A stretch of DNA of 62,869 nt, counting the filler, from Sphacelaria rigidula (taxonomy: Eukaryota): assembly GCA_964200075.2 (NCBI GenBank). It is 9 parts of 9 records of this genome, joined end to end, with 100 filler letters (N's around TTAATTAATTAA, not from the genome) between each part and the next. Parts side by side here need not be neighbours in the genome. Positions count along the whole stretch, not along the records: positions 20,992 to 27,888 come from CAXNAA020017529.1; positions 27,989 to 34,885 come from CAXNAA020017530.1; positions 34,986 to 41,881 come from CAXNAA020017531.1; 6 more parts are not named here. One strand, written 5' to 3'. The notes beneath the pieces are model-generated. The model worked only from the letters and a program-made list of their open reading frames with translations, was not told the origin of the DNA and ran no database searches. Below, piece by piece: positions 23,746 through 37,260 of the stretch. Position 1 is the stretch's first letter; each line of letters starts with the position of its first letter. A program made the position numbers and the translations under genes.

Positions 23746-25907
23746 ATGAGTGGAAATCCCCTAAACCCGCAAGCTCAACCGTTCTAAGCAGCTGGATCAG
23801 CTCAACAACCTCCAATGCAAGCCGCGCAGCAGCAGCTGCCTGTCGTCCATGCTCAACAGCAACAGGCTGTTGCACCCCCTCCGCAACAGTTTGTTGGACC
23901 CGCTCAACAACAGCAAGCTGTTGCACACCCTCAGCAACAGCCTGCTGAACCCGTACAGCAACAGCAGGCTGCCATACCCCCGCAGCAACAGGTTGCCGGA
24001 CCTCTTCTGCAGCAGCCAGTTCTATAACAACAACAACAAGGACACCTTAGCCCGATGCACCCGCATGTCCCGTTGTCCGTTCCTCCGCCTCCTCAGCCGG
24101 CAATGCTAGTCCCTGCGCCCCAGTGGGCCCCTCAAGTGCCGGCTGCCGGGAATGTTGGGTATTCCCAGCTGCCACCCCCGCCGCCATTGCCCCGCAGCGC
24201 CGCTCTAGGTATGTGGTTGCACCGGACCCAATCAGTCTGTATTGCAACCCGTTCTATGGATCCCTAAATCCTTCAGGTACAACGCCAGCCGCCCAGTCAC
24301 GAACGGACGGGCTGACGCCGTATGGAACCACATACCCCCGTATTCCCGCACCACCTTCACAGCCATTTAACCGCGATGTGTCAGCGGTACTAAGACACAT
24401 GGAGGCAGTATCTCGTCAGGCAAACACCTTAGCCAGAAACCTAGGCTCCAAGGACGCTGACGCTGTGGTGTACAAGGGACGATCGGTAGAACACACCGCA
24501 GAGTTGACGTACCGCAACTCCGCAGTCTTGTTCCTAAATCATTTTCGTACCACCCTAGCGGCGTACGAAGGGGGGGGTTGGAGGGTACCCACTGACGCAC
24601 ATATGACAAGCAAGCCGTTGAAACCCCAAGCGGACCAATACACGGATAGACGCAGAGACCTCTTAATGCGGGTGATGTTGCCAACTTCCGCGACATGCAC
24701 AGAGATGACCAGCTGGAGGGAGTCACAGGTTACAGTACTAGGGGTAGCAGGAAATACCATGCGCGCCCCATTTGGGGATGTAACCGTCCTAGAGTGGCTC
24801 AGGGAACTAGTGATCGAGGAAGCAAGAATGGGCGCACGCCATGCGGAAGCTGCGCTGGCAAACGTAAAGCTGATTAAGAACGAGAGTTACGTAGTAGCAG
24901 CCCACCGTCTAGTTTTGTTGACCATGGCGACCACCGTCTCCCCAGCTTTACCACACCTTGCGGAAGAGGAATATTTTTGGAGAGCAGCTTCTGAAGACCT
25001 AGTCTTGCGGTTGTGTGGGATTTTCCATAAGTTGGTAATCCCCAACACGGCAGCACAACTACTATCGCATACTCTGCTACAGATACCCAACAAGGCCTTG
25101 GAGGACGAAGTCCGTTCGATACCATTTAACCACGGAGATCCGTGCAACCCCGCTATGAAGAGACGAGGACGCGTTACGTATCGCATATATAGTGACTTCG
25201 TCTCGGCCATCCAACGTCACTGTGAATGCGCCCGGACGACAGCGGGCACGATAAATAGCGCTACCGCGGCTCTAACCCGCCCCACACACAAGCCTATATA
25301 TGAGGGGCTAGTGGAGACCAAGAAGCTACTACTGAGGAACGCGGAGGAGGAAGCCCTCGAAGAAGACCTCAACTCCGCCGCCGCCTTCAGTAACCAGAAG
25401 GCGTCAACGCCACGCGGCGGCACGCCTTTCGGGGCATCCCCGTCTACTCACGAAACCCGGAAGCGTCCGCGAGAAGAGTCAGGAAAGCAGTACAAGCGTG
25501 TCCGGTTCGACACACGAGGAGGCGCGCCGGCGACAGGTTTCATTCCTACCCAAGAGGCACCCAAAGGGGAGCGAGACGTCGCCATACGTCTCCTGGGCGT
25601 GTGCTTCAACCATGCGTATGGGCGAGACTGCAGCAACAACAACACAGGGAGCTGCAAGTTCTCCCATGACGAAGACCGCATCCCCTTCGGCTATTACAAG
25701 CAGCCAGAGCAGTCCCAAGCAAAGCCCAAGACAAGGAAAGATAAACTGATGAGCCTGCAACTAGGGGACTTATTCGGGCTTATCGACAATCAGTACGGGG
25801 ATCGGGGTTTCGACCACACCCTGGACCAACCAGGAAGTGACGCAGAAGAGGACGTCGAGACGGTGGACGCGCTGAGCAACCGTTTCGACGCCACGAGCGA
25901 GGAATGA
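23746..25907 (+). mobile_element. Ty3/gypsy gag-like ORF (disrupted), Q/P-rich N-terminus and C-terminal CCCH zinc finger
   Basis: ATG at 23746, in-frame TAA at 23785 and 24025 within Q-rich sequence, and a frameshift near 24190 into the 24123-25907 ORF. CFNHAYGRDCSNNNTGSCKFSH lies at 25602-25667. The ORF is directly upstream of protease-RT. Confidence 0.65.
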
Positions 25908-27888
25908 AGGTGCGCCCTGGGGCCGCAGTCCCCGGGGGACAGCATAAAGACGGATACCGTAGCAGGAGTGAAAAAGGTTGACGCACAGCAACTGTGGGTA
26001 CAAGCTAGAGTTTGGCACCACAGTAAAAGTAGCCTCGGTTTACCAGTAACGGTGTTACTGGACACCGGGGCGGGGGGGGGGCAGCTATGCATCAAAGCGC
26101 TGGTGGAAGTCTTTGGTGATTTGGGGGAACACATTAGGCAAACTACAGCGGCAAGGAGCAGGATTCCTGAGGGCAGCAAATCCTAGCGACAGCAGGACAC
26201 CGCCGATGAAGATGTTAGGGTCAGCGGTAATTCCGATTCGGTTCCACCCAAAGGATAGAATAAGAAAGGTATGGGTTAGGGTGGTCGATGGATTGCCGTA
26301 CGGGTTCATATTGGGGGCAAGTTTCTTTAGGAGGAACAAGAGCACACTGTCTTTTGAGGGTCAGTTGGGGTTCCGACCATCACCGGAGGCCCCGTGGGTG
26401 AGATTCGTGTCTAATGGCCCTCCAAAATTCTCAGCCGTTAACACCGACCACATCACTGGACAAGGGGACTCGGCAGGGTGGGAGCTCTTCTGTGCTGTCA
26501 AGCCGAGAACACTCAGCGACGACCCAACGGGGGTATTGTCGGGAGAGAGCGATCTGGCAGCATGGGATGAGGTATGGAAGAGCCTTGGAGCGGCGTGGGA
26601 AGACGACGCCACACTTCAGTGGCCTCTAAGGCCGACGGAGGACGCGCAATTGGAAGGCTTCGTTAGCGAGCTAGTCCCAGGCTACGTGCGAGGTCCTCAA
26701 CCGCAGGAACGCCAACTCGTGTTGATCGAACCTCGAAAGTTGTTCGATTTGGATGAGGAAGCTGAGATGGGGGTAGCTAGGGGAGTACAATGGTGGGACC
26801 CACAGCTACCGTTGGTATGTAAGGTGGTCAACACGGCCAAGAATGCTCGCCTGTTGAAGAAGGGTATTATAGTGGCGAAAGTTGTGGCCGTGAATGTCCG
26901 AGATCGCGAGCGGTTGCAGAATCTGTACGTGTCCGATTCGAGCACCACGCTCAAGTCGAAGCTGGAGGCGCGAAGGACTGCGCCAGCCCCTCCTCATCCG
27001 CCGCCGGAACCGCAGGAGGGGGAGGAAAAGAACACAACTGAAGCCATAGGAGTAGATCTCACGGAAGCGAACATGGGTCAGTTGGGTCCGACGCAGAAGA
27101 TACAACTGTTGCCCATCTTGGGAGACTTCAACGAAACAGGACTTTTGGCGGTGGACCCCAAGAAAGTGAAAGCCGCGCGTGGGGAATCGTTACGTCTACG
27201 ACTAAATGATCCCCGGTGCAAGCTATTCGCTGCCGGTACCAGGCGGTACTCACCAGAACGAGCCACAGCCATACAAGACGAAGTTCAGAAACTCGCGGAG
27301 CGGGGGGTCATCGAGCCGTCGACGTCCGCATGGGCAGCTGCTTGCGTCACGGTGCGGAAGAAGGACGGTAGTTTACGGTTGTGTCAAGATTATCGTGGAC
27401 TAAACGAACTCCTCGAGTCGCATAGTGGTGGTTTGGGGGATATGCAGACCATGTACAGTGGCCTGGCGGGATCCAAGTACTTTACGAGTGTGGACTTGGC
27501 GAGCGGATTTTTCCAGTTGGACGTGGCGAAGGAGGACCGACACCTCACCGCCTTTCGCGACGCGCGGGGGCACTTATGGCAATATCAGCGTTGTGGATTC
27601 GGACTCAAGGTATTACCAGCGACATTTCACCGAACAGTATCCGAAGCATTGTTGCCAGCACAGGGAGTCAAGAATTGGTTGGATGATATCTTGTGGCCTA
27701 GCGCGACTTCGCTGGCCACATGACGGGATTGAGAGTTGTGCTCTATTGCCTACTGCAGGCGGGCCTCACTGTGAATTTCCAGAAATCACAGTGGTGCACC
27801 CAGCAACAGGACTTCGTGGGGATGACGATCGACGCGTCGGGAATACGACCTTCTCAGTCTAAGATCGAGGCGATCGCCCAGCTGAGGG
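25908..27888 (+). mobile_element. Ty3/gypsy pol (aspartic protease and reverse transcriptase), truncated by the contig end
   Basis: Protease VLLDTGAGGG with a frameshift in the G-run at ~26072-26081, followed by FILGASFF. RT motifs VIEPSTSAWAAACVTVRKKDGSLRLCQDYRGLN, FTSVDLASGFFQL, TAF, FGLK, WLDDIL. A second frameshift near 27705 leads into AGLTVNFQKSQW...GIRP. Confidence 0.9.
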
Positions 27889-30460
27889 NNNNNNNNNNNN
27901 NNNNNNNNNNNNNNNNNNNNNNNNNNNNNNNNTTAATTAATTAANNNNNNNNNNNNNNNNNNNNNNNNNNNNNNNNNNNNNNNNNNNNTTACAAAGGGGG
28001 GTGGCGTGTTGACGGAAAGGGGTCGGCAGTGTACCGAAAAAGGGTAGATATTTTTTTTTTGCAGAGGGCAGGGTGTACCCTCCTGTTTTGCTTACATAAA
28101 AGGGTACTCTCCCAGGCACTCATTTTTGGCGCGGTAGTTCAGCCCAGTAATACTTGTGAAAGTGAAAGGGAATAGTCGGGCATGCTGCCCAGGGACCTTG
28201 GCGCGGGGCTGAGGTGCTGGAACGTGTTTTCGAGGTGTTCAGCCAGCGTGCAGCGCCGCGCCCCAGAGCGAAAAATGCGCCACCCTTTTTTGTTTATTGC
28301 CCATTTCAATTCTCCGAGTTTCTTATCCCCAATTCGTAAGATCCCGTGTTTTCAGTTGAATCGGCGTCAATTTCAAGTGAAAAAAAGTAGGCATGATCCA
28401 GAAAGACTTATCTCGCGGCTTAAGGGTTAAGCTGGCACAGCTCGAATCGCATCTGTGGTTTTTCTGGGTCCGATTTTTTTCTTTACTCTATTTTGGGGTA
28501 ATCAGGCTGTGCATGCGGAAGGCGTCCGCATGAGATGCCCAGTAGAGAGTACCCCGCAGATATCGGAACGAATTTAATTGTCAAGACAACAGTAACAACA
28601 ACAATCATTATTAGTTGTTCCTCACGCGAGCCCGATCTCTTGGACCCGTGTTCACAGACGTAATTTCGTCTTCCAGTACCGACCCCTCTGTAGTACGGCG
28701 TGAAAACAGGGATATCCTTTTTTTGTGGATGAAATTATCTAGTGATTAAACTTTCCGCATCGGAACCAAGTGTTGTTCAATTTCGACAGTTGGCCAAACC
28801 AACCCTTGCCCGACGCATGATGTTTTTGCTACATTCTCCCAATATGAGGCTTAACTTTCGAAAGCCACCCGTAATTATTGCGATGGTGAAGTATTTGAGG
28901 ACTTTTACGAACGTGTCTTCGTCCCCGTCCAGACAGACATATCTCGAGGCAACAGACCGCGTTGTCACTCTCCCAACTCGATGTTGTGACCAATTTCGGG
29001 AAAAGGAAGCTTTTTCTGCCGTTCTAGAGAAAATGACATCAGTGACGCCCATCCAATAGCTTCCAATACTGTTGACAAAATTGCACACCTCGGACAATAT
29101 ATGGTCAATAGTCGCAACAGACAAGAAACGTACTGCATAATGTATGGGCCTATTGCGACTATTGTCGGCCGGCAATAGTTGCAATAGGCCTATACTTCTT
29201 GCAGTACACTTCTCGTCTATTCCATCTCTCGATCATATATTGTCGAGGGTGTGCAAAATTGCGACGGTTCTTGCAGTTTTATATCGTAAAAAGCGGGAAA
29301 TGCAAGGTTCATGATGAACGCGCTACAGTGTGAGACATGAGACATGCAACGAGGTAGACATGGGTTGATCCCCTGACAGTACGGACTCGTTCTGCGAAGG
29401 GAGGAGGGGGGAAGGAGGGAGGGGGGTTGGAAGGATTACAAAAAAAAACGGGCTAACGAATGGAGAAGGCCAGCTGGACTTGTGCCTGCGACGCTGGACG
29501 ACTCAACCTTTGGGGCAGCGAAGTAAAGTATGGATTTGTTGAACGCAACAAGGAGACGGTTTCCTAATGACGGGCTTAACTTCGAGCGGAGAATCAGGAA
29601 TCCTCGGTACGCCGTTGCTACGGCAGGAGCGTGTTCCGAGTCAGGTCCAAGTTAAAAAAAAAAACACTCTGGAAGTGGCACCTGACTCGGAAAAACACCA
29701 AAAGTTGGGGTGATAACACAACGGCGAACTTACGTGCTGGAGGACCAGCCCTCTCTGCAATATCCAAACCTTTCCACCGGGCAACTCAACCCTCACGCAT
29801 CCTTCTGAAGTGTAATTTTTCAGCGAAGGGATGCTGTACATGCTTACAGCATGATCAACTTCTTCCCCGCAAAGAAAAACGCGTCTCAAATTAGGCATGT
29901 CGCTGCGGTATGCGCCTACTTGCAGACACGAGAGGCCATGTGAGCGCAACAAACCAGGATCCGTAAAGTAGGGTACTTTCTTGACAAAACTGGAACAAGA
30001 CACATGGAGGGGGGGGGGGGCAGTTATCTGGACACAGCGATTGCCAACACGATGCCTCCTCCGTCTCACCATAAGATGACGCCGTTGTTTCGCGTGTCTC
30101 ACTCCAAGCACGCTACATTCATTTCGTATTTTTACCAGCTCTTACATCTTCAATGAAAAGCAATATGCAGCACGCTTAGAGGAGACATCCGGAAACCAAG
30201 AAAAGCATTACCCAACGCGCATACCAAGTACATGACTGAAATACACGAACGGGAAGCGGACACAACGACTGCAGCCCACGCACTTTCACCAACTATCGGC
30301 ACAGGCACCAAAATAGCAGACAAAAAGGCAGACTCTTCAATGAAGGGTATGACTCGAACTCACTTCACCCAGTGAAGTAGCTATGGAGTAACCCCTCTCT
30401 ACCCACCCCACCCCCCCCCTCCATTCACGGTGACACATTGAGTGTTCCGATAACTGCATC

Positions 30461-32258
30461 CTATGCGGTTGCCCCTTGAATCTCGATTCTGTTCCCCCGC
30501 CTGATTTGCCCCCAGCCAATCAGACGCCAGTGCTGTAACAACAAAATGTCGCAATGAATATTTAAGTTCATGGAGAAAAAGAAAGAGTGACAGCAGAAGT
30601 GGTCGAAGCGGACACGCACGTGGGCCGAGGGTGGGAAGGAGGGAGGTGGGGAGGCGGGTAGGGCAATAGTATTAACGGTTTCAAGCATGCTCTAGTTAGG
30701 TTTGTACTGAAGCTCCCCTCACAGACAGGTGTAACGAAGGCATCGTAGCGAAGCGCCTCGACACAGGAAAAGAGCAGGGAGAATACGGGGTGCTGATGCT
30801 GCCATACTTACGAATGACAAAACACGCATCTGCAATCAACGCAACATTATTGGCAGGCGCGCTGCACTAGGTCCACAGTAAAATACAACTTTTGCACCAG
30901 CGGCAGGACTGCGGCCTTTAACGACATCTCCAGTAGGATCCGGCGAGGATACAACAAGACAAAACGGTGGCAAAGGCAACATGGAACATGGTGGTAGCAC
31001 ACTTGCCTTGTCGACACGTCTTGATAGCGCGATCTTCTCCCCTTCCTGCGTGCACACCGGCTGCGTCAACAGAATTTTCGCAAGATCCTGGACAACGGAA
31101 AATGTAAACACAGAGCACATGCGGGTCGCAGACACACCACGCAACAGACCGTTACATGGACGTTCGCTTGTTCTTCAACCCGTCTTTTTAGCAACTTTTT
31201 TACACAAAGCATGGGTAACGCGTCGCCTTCAAAGTTGATTTTCTAGCAGAAGCCCCTAAAATGAAGATAGTTAAAAGGCTTGATTTTGTGTTCGGCAAAA
31301 ATCGATGTTTCGTGAAGGAGCGGAGATAATTTTTCCAGACATCCATGGTGGTTGTAGTTTCTAGAAGCGATTTCGGAACACGTTGGTCTGCATGACTGCC
31401 TGTGTTGTGAGTCAGGTGGGGAAGTTCAGTGTGGGAGAAGCAGGAGGGTGGGTACAACGGCAAGTGCATCTACGATTAAGCGGCAATAACGGTGTGGATT
31501 GAAGTCGAGGTTTGTGAGATCCGGGAGACGGGTGGAGTGCGACCATCAGTTGGTGACAGCATCTCGAATCGTTGTTGTCTGAGTACCTTTTTTTTTCACC
31601 ACAGCTGGGTTGGGGGCGGGAGTGAATAATGTGACGAAATTCGAAAGCGACTGAAAAAATACTTGTTTTGGTACGGAGATGATGAATTCACCGGCCGCAA
31701 AGGTGCTTTATATCCCTTGCCGACACGGGTGTCCGGCGTGAAAAAAGCTGAACGAGAATATTGCTGCCGAGGACTCACCAGTGGAAGCTCATGCTTCTGG
31801 CATTCGAAGAATTCCCCGAACCCTGGGTTCCCTTACTAGACGCGCTAAGGTTTGGTGCAAGTGTTCTGATTCGATCCCTGTATAAAAACAGTATAGCGAG
31901 TTTACTGTTGGTGCAACACATCGTACATCCACTCATGAATTATCTCCATGCTGCTCTCACATGCACAAGTTCGAAATTGTGCAACATCGACGAAGACAAG
32001 GGTACAAGATGCACACCTGCTTGACAGCTAGGACCTTGCCCCCGGAGGCTGTAGAGCCAATATTGACCATGAGGATTTCTTGCCTCTGCAGCTTCTGAAC
32101 CTTGGCCTGCTTGCCCCCCTCTTGCGTCTTGACCCCCAGCAGGCGACGGAGAAGGTAGAAGCTGATCTCCACCTGCGATCACGCGAGTACAGAGGACAAC
32201 GATGAATGACAGTTGAAGAGAGATGGCACAAGAGGAGCACGGCCAAAGATTCGGTACC

Positions 32259-32297
<39 letters not shown>

Positions 32298-34773
32298 AAG
32301 TGGAAGAAGCCAACAACAATGAGATATGCACAAAATATGGTTTGTTTGAGTAGTAGCCTCGTGACGAGGGCCGCAAATCAACACCGTCGGGGGCAAGCTC
32401 TAAGAAGATGAACTATACGTTAACAACCGGTAAAAATATACTGGAAGCAAGTGGTCGGGATAAACAGCATACAGGAACCAAGGATTGGGGACCACGGAAA
32501 ACTCGTCCTCGCATCTCAAAGATCTTGCTCAAAACTTGAGCATAGCATGCCTTCATAATCTTGCAAGCCCTTTGCAGCTATTATTCCCGAGAGACTGAAC
32601 AATTTACTCAAGAAAAAATCAGCTGGGAAAAAAACACTGAACGGAACGCTCGAGACTGGTGCAAGCTCTCCTTCCTTTGTGAAGACCCACCTCGGTAAAA
32701 ACATCCGGCAAGTTACCCTTGAGTCCTAGCACCTGCCCGACGAGTCGATCGGCCCTGGTCAGGGTAGGGTCCACCCTTGTTCCCACACCAATTAGGCCTC
32801 CGGGAACGGCAAACTTCAGATCGTTTTGCTCTGCGTACAGAGACAGGATCTTCGAAAAAATGGGTTCGCACTGCAGCATCGACGTCGAATGGGTGGGTGG
32901 TCGTTGGGGAAGAGGCGCGCGGGAGGGAGGCTGAGAAACACAGTAATACTTCGCAGTTTTTCAGTCCGAACACAAAAGAATAAGCCGACTCGTAACGGTA
33001 ATCAAGACACCACGCACCAACAAGTCTTGCGGCTAAACGCAAGCAACGGAAGGGAAGATAGACATGAAACACGTGGAAAGCTAGACAAAAACCGAAAACA
33101 TAAGAAAGAACGTGAAAGCATGAAGAAAAAAAGTAAGGAGCGATATGTGAAAGAAAATTGAGGCATAAAACGTGAAAAAAACGAAAAAAAAATGATCCAA
33201 CAATGTCGAACGTGAAGGAAGGTAAAATCAAATCGAGATCTGAAAACAAATCCGCCGAGTACGAGTGTCCTATCCTCACCCTGACGTTCCCCTCGGGATC
33301 CTTGGTAACGATTCCCGGCCTGATCTCGATCTCATCTCCTACTCGAAGCACGCCCTGCACGATTGACCCACCCGCCACGCCTGGAACAAGTGTCATTATC
33401 CACAACACCGGCGAGTAGACGGAATCAAATCAGCAAATAATATAAACTCAATATAAAAGATCCCGCCAAGCCGCGTAAATGACCGGAACTATCAAGCAGC
33501 ATGCAAAAATACCCCGTGTACCGATAATCACACACCAACAAAAATGGAGCGAGAGAGGACCAATGCGGATAACAACAAGAAAATAAAAAGGAAAATTACA
33601 CGCGCGAAAAATCATGGGCCTCGAGAGCGACTTCTTTCCTACAGGGTCTCTCCAACTTTTTGCGGCCAATCATATGTCAACTGCATCAACCAAAAACGCC
33701 TCCCGCGCACAAGTGCGGTATGTACGTTGCTGATACGCCGTAGGATATTCGTTTTCGCGTTGAATTGGCGAAGAAAAACAAGAAGACGCTCGGCCTTCAT
33801 CTACTCCGTACGTTCTCCATGCATTTTATTCGCGGCTCGGCTCAATTTAGTGCGGGCATACACGTTCGGAATTTTAGGCGCATCCGGGGCCCGCAACGAC
33901 CTAGGAGAAGGTAGACGGGTCAAATTCGAAATAAGATCTCGTCGAATTTAATGTACACGAATGGATTTACTTCAAAAAATGGCAAATCTGCCTCTTACCG
34001 CCCCTGAGATGCTCCACCTCTTCTCCCGGCTTGTTGACATCGAACGATCGAATGATGATCAACCTGGGCACCGACGTAAAATCCCTCACTGACAAATCGA
34101 TGACGTGAAACAGTTACATCGAGAACAGCCGGAGAGCACGAAACAGCACCGATCCGAACACGGCGAACCGGATCCACGAATGAGACAGGAAAAGAAAAAA
34201 AGGCCGTTGAGTCGGGAGCAAATCCACGAGAGACTACGTGCTGATCTACGATGCGCACACTACTTTCTCCCCGTCTCGTCGCACACATCAGGCTCCGCAT
34301 TGTTGAGTAATATAGTGAGCCGCTCGCAGTATGAAAACGTAATTTATGTACATTTTCGGGCATGCAATAACAACAACTTGCACTTGCAGATACGCGCGGC
34401 CACAGTACGACGTCCGCACAACAGCGGAGTACATCCAAGATAGATATGGGAGTACAACAGTACAGTAGTTGGGTCAAACGTTAATCCCTTGGACAGCCCA
34501 GGTGAGCCCAAACGTTGAATCATCGCGACAAAACTTTGGAGGATAGCTTTTCAGGCCCAGGTATCCATCTGTGTGTGCTCAAAGGGTTCCATCTTACAAC
34601 ACTATACCTGGAATGGGGATCTTGCAGTTAATGTACTCGCACACGACGTCGATATTGTACTTGAGCACAGCGCTGATGGGGATTACCGGCGCATCGTCCG
34701 CCACGGTACCAGCCACGAACTTGCGAATCTGCTCGTGCTGCACCATGGCCTGATCGTGCTTCACCAAGTCAAC
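30461..34773 (-). CDS. EIF2S3: Eukaryotic translation initiation factor 2 subunit gamma, 3' part (exons 34773-34608, 34088-33999, 33380-33280, 32870-32691, 32172-32017, 31087-31007, 30532-30461)
   Basis: The spliced product is [48 protein letters not shown]...[40 protein letters not shown]...[29 protein letters not shown]...[12 protein letters not shown]...[22 protein letters not shown]. Exon phases are consistent. Confidence 0.95.
32261..32298. repeat. (CAA)n microsatellite in an eIF2-gamma intron
   Basis: Direct reading of the trinucleotide tract. Confidence 0.9.
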
Positions 34774-35613
34774 CTTGTGTTATCATATATTCGGGGGGGA
34801 GGGGGAGGGGGGGAGGGGGGGCGGGGGGTAGTAGGGGAGCGCTTATTTCTTGTGTGACCGCGTCATTCAATCCGTGGCACCCCATNNNNNNNNNNNNNNN
34901 NNNNNNNNNNNNNNNNNNNNNNNNNNNNNTTAATTAATTAANNNNNNNNNNNNNNNNNNNNNNNNNNNNNNNNNNNNNNNNNNNNCCCGGCTTTGTAGGG
35001 ATGCGAGGTCAATGGTCTTATGACTATGGCATGCATGATCATGAGTACACCCCCTCGAGCATCACTTACTATGATTACATTTATGGGATCATGATCCGTG
35101 TCGTGTGCCTCGAGTACCCGCCAGTAGTCCGGGAAAAATTGGCGAGGGGTGAGGTGATGTTGCTACTTAGGCTGCAGCCTGTCGCTACCGTGCGCTCGTG
35201 TGCATACATGTGTGTGAACGTGGCCGGCATGCGAGGTCATCGGGACAAAGCGGGCGAGGAGCAGAAACAAATATGTTACGAACCTCGCAAAGCCCACCAG
35301 ACTTTTCTGTTTTTTGTAAGTGTTTCTTGATGGATTTCTTCAACGATATCCACAAAAAATAATAATAATGACAATTTTCGAAAAATTCCTTCCGGGAACG
35401 GGGAGGGGGGGGTTTCCGTGTCCGAAAATCTTCTCTCGACAGACCCTTGAAAGAGCCATAATACCACTATGCTACGTGCGGGCTCCACACTAAGGTCGGT
35501 AGCATCAACCAATTACAGCCAACAAATCATCGGTGCTGTTGCTATAAGCCTTGAACCAGGGTAGTGAACTATGAAACAGACAGTGCTACGCTAGCTCCAA
35601 CAACCATGCTCGT

Positions 35614-37260
35614 GCGAGGTGGGCCAGCCAGCCTACGAGCGGATTTGTAGATTACAGACCCATTTTTACCTCAATTTTGAGATTTGGACTTTCAAATTTG
35701 TTACGGAGAATCAACAGGGCATACTAAAAAATAAACCCTGAAACGTGAGTATTTTTTCTTTTTATGAGAATGGCCACTCAGCTTTTTGTCGCAGACAAGA
35801 ATAAAATTTGGAATAATACCTTTTTGGAGCTTTTACGTCGTTTTACGCCATTAAAGAGAACTAGGCGAATTTTGACACCTTGGAATACCTTGCTGTACTC
35901 ATTGAGACCGTTTCAGCACACCTGGACGTTTTTTTGGTGGCCGCAGTTTTTTCTTTCCCAAGCTTGCATTTTCCCGGAGACCAGTCAAGTCGAAAACAAA
36001 TCCGAGATTTGTCTGGACTGAACTGATCTCCGAAAAAAATGCAAGGTTGATCAAAAACAAAACTGCAATCACCAGAAAACCGCACAGGTGTGCTGGAACC
36101 GTCTCAACGTGTACAGCAAGGCATTCCAACGTGTCAAAATCCACCTAGCTCTCTCTTTGGGGGGTGAAACGACGTGGAAGCTCCATAAAGGCACTTTTCC
36201 AGATTCTTATTTTTATCTGCCATAAAGAGCGGCGTACAGGTCAATGAACAAGATCCAGTTTTTACTCAAACGTCCGTTCGTCATGGGAAAAACAAATCAC
36301 AATGTCCAAATGCTCATTTTACCATCACGTTCTGTTGATTCTGCGAACAAAATTGGAAAGTCCAACCCTCAAAATTGAGATGAGAACGAGCCATTTTGAG
36401 CCTGGGCTGGTCGACATTCGGAACACTATTTTGCAGGTAATTTGCCAGGCCAGTCCTGATACTAGTGCTTTGACACTTTGTGTGGAGAATCGCCAGGGCA
36501 CAATTAAAAGTATTGAGATGTGTTGAGCTTTCCATGAGTCAAGGACGTTTTGGTGTATGAAGCACCATTTTTGTACGATGACGTCCTTCATCCAGGAGAA
36601 AAAAATGAAGGCCCGCTCATGTTTTGTTTGCGGCATGCCCTTGCTATTCTCCATATTCAATTAGATCACATTTCTGACAAATGAGCGAAGAAACTGAGTT
36701 TTGGACCAAAATCAGTGCCCATTTTTCGCGAACATGTCCTTGAATTATTTTTGAAAAATCGCAAGGTTCTTGAATGTCATATTTACATTTTGCCCTTGCG
36801 ATACTCCATACCAAATTTCAAAGCGCAACTCTAAAACTGAGACGCGAAATCCAGATTCAGTGCATCTTGTGTCGCTGCTCGTAGTATATTGAGTTAGTAT
36901 GGAATCTGATGTCCCCCATATCTCTATAATATTTATAGATAGATTATGAATCAGGTGAAGGTGACGGTATCGATCATTTCCCATGCTCCAGGGAGTGTTC
37001 ACACCAAGAATCGTCATCGGCTATGGATACCGTTCGGGGTTTCGTAAGACTGTAGTATGTAGACCCTATATCCTTACGGTATAAAAATGATCTTGTATGG
37101 CGTTTAATCAACCAAAAAAATGGCCCAGGCTTTCCAGCAAATGAACCGCTTCCCCTCGAGTAGACGATCAAGAAGATATCCGGATCTCGGCCCAATTCGT
37201 CTGTGTGACTGAGATATGGCTGTGAGAGCTTTAATCCGTTTTCAGGCTGGCCCAGTTCGT
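35614..37260. mobile_element. ~1.65-kb non-autonomous ACGAGCTGGGCC-family TIR element
   Basis: Left end GCGAGGTGGGCCAGCC and right end GGCTGGCCCAGTTCGT. The right part is homologous to 14220-14944. No transposase ORF is recognisable. Confidence 0.55.
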
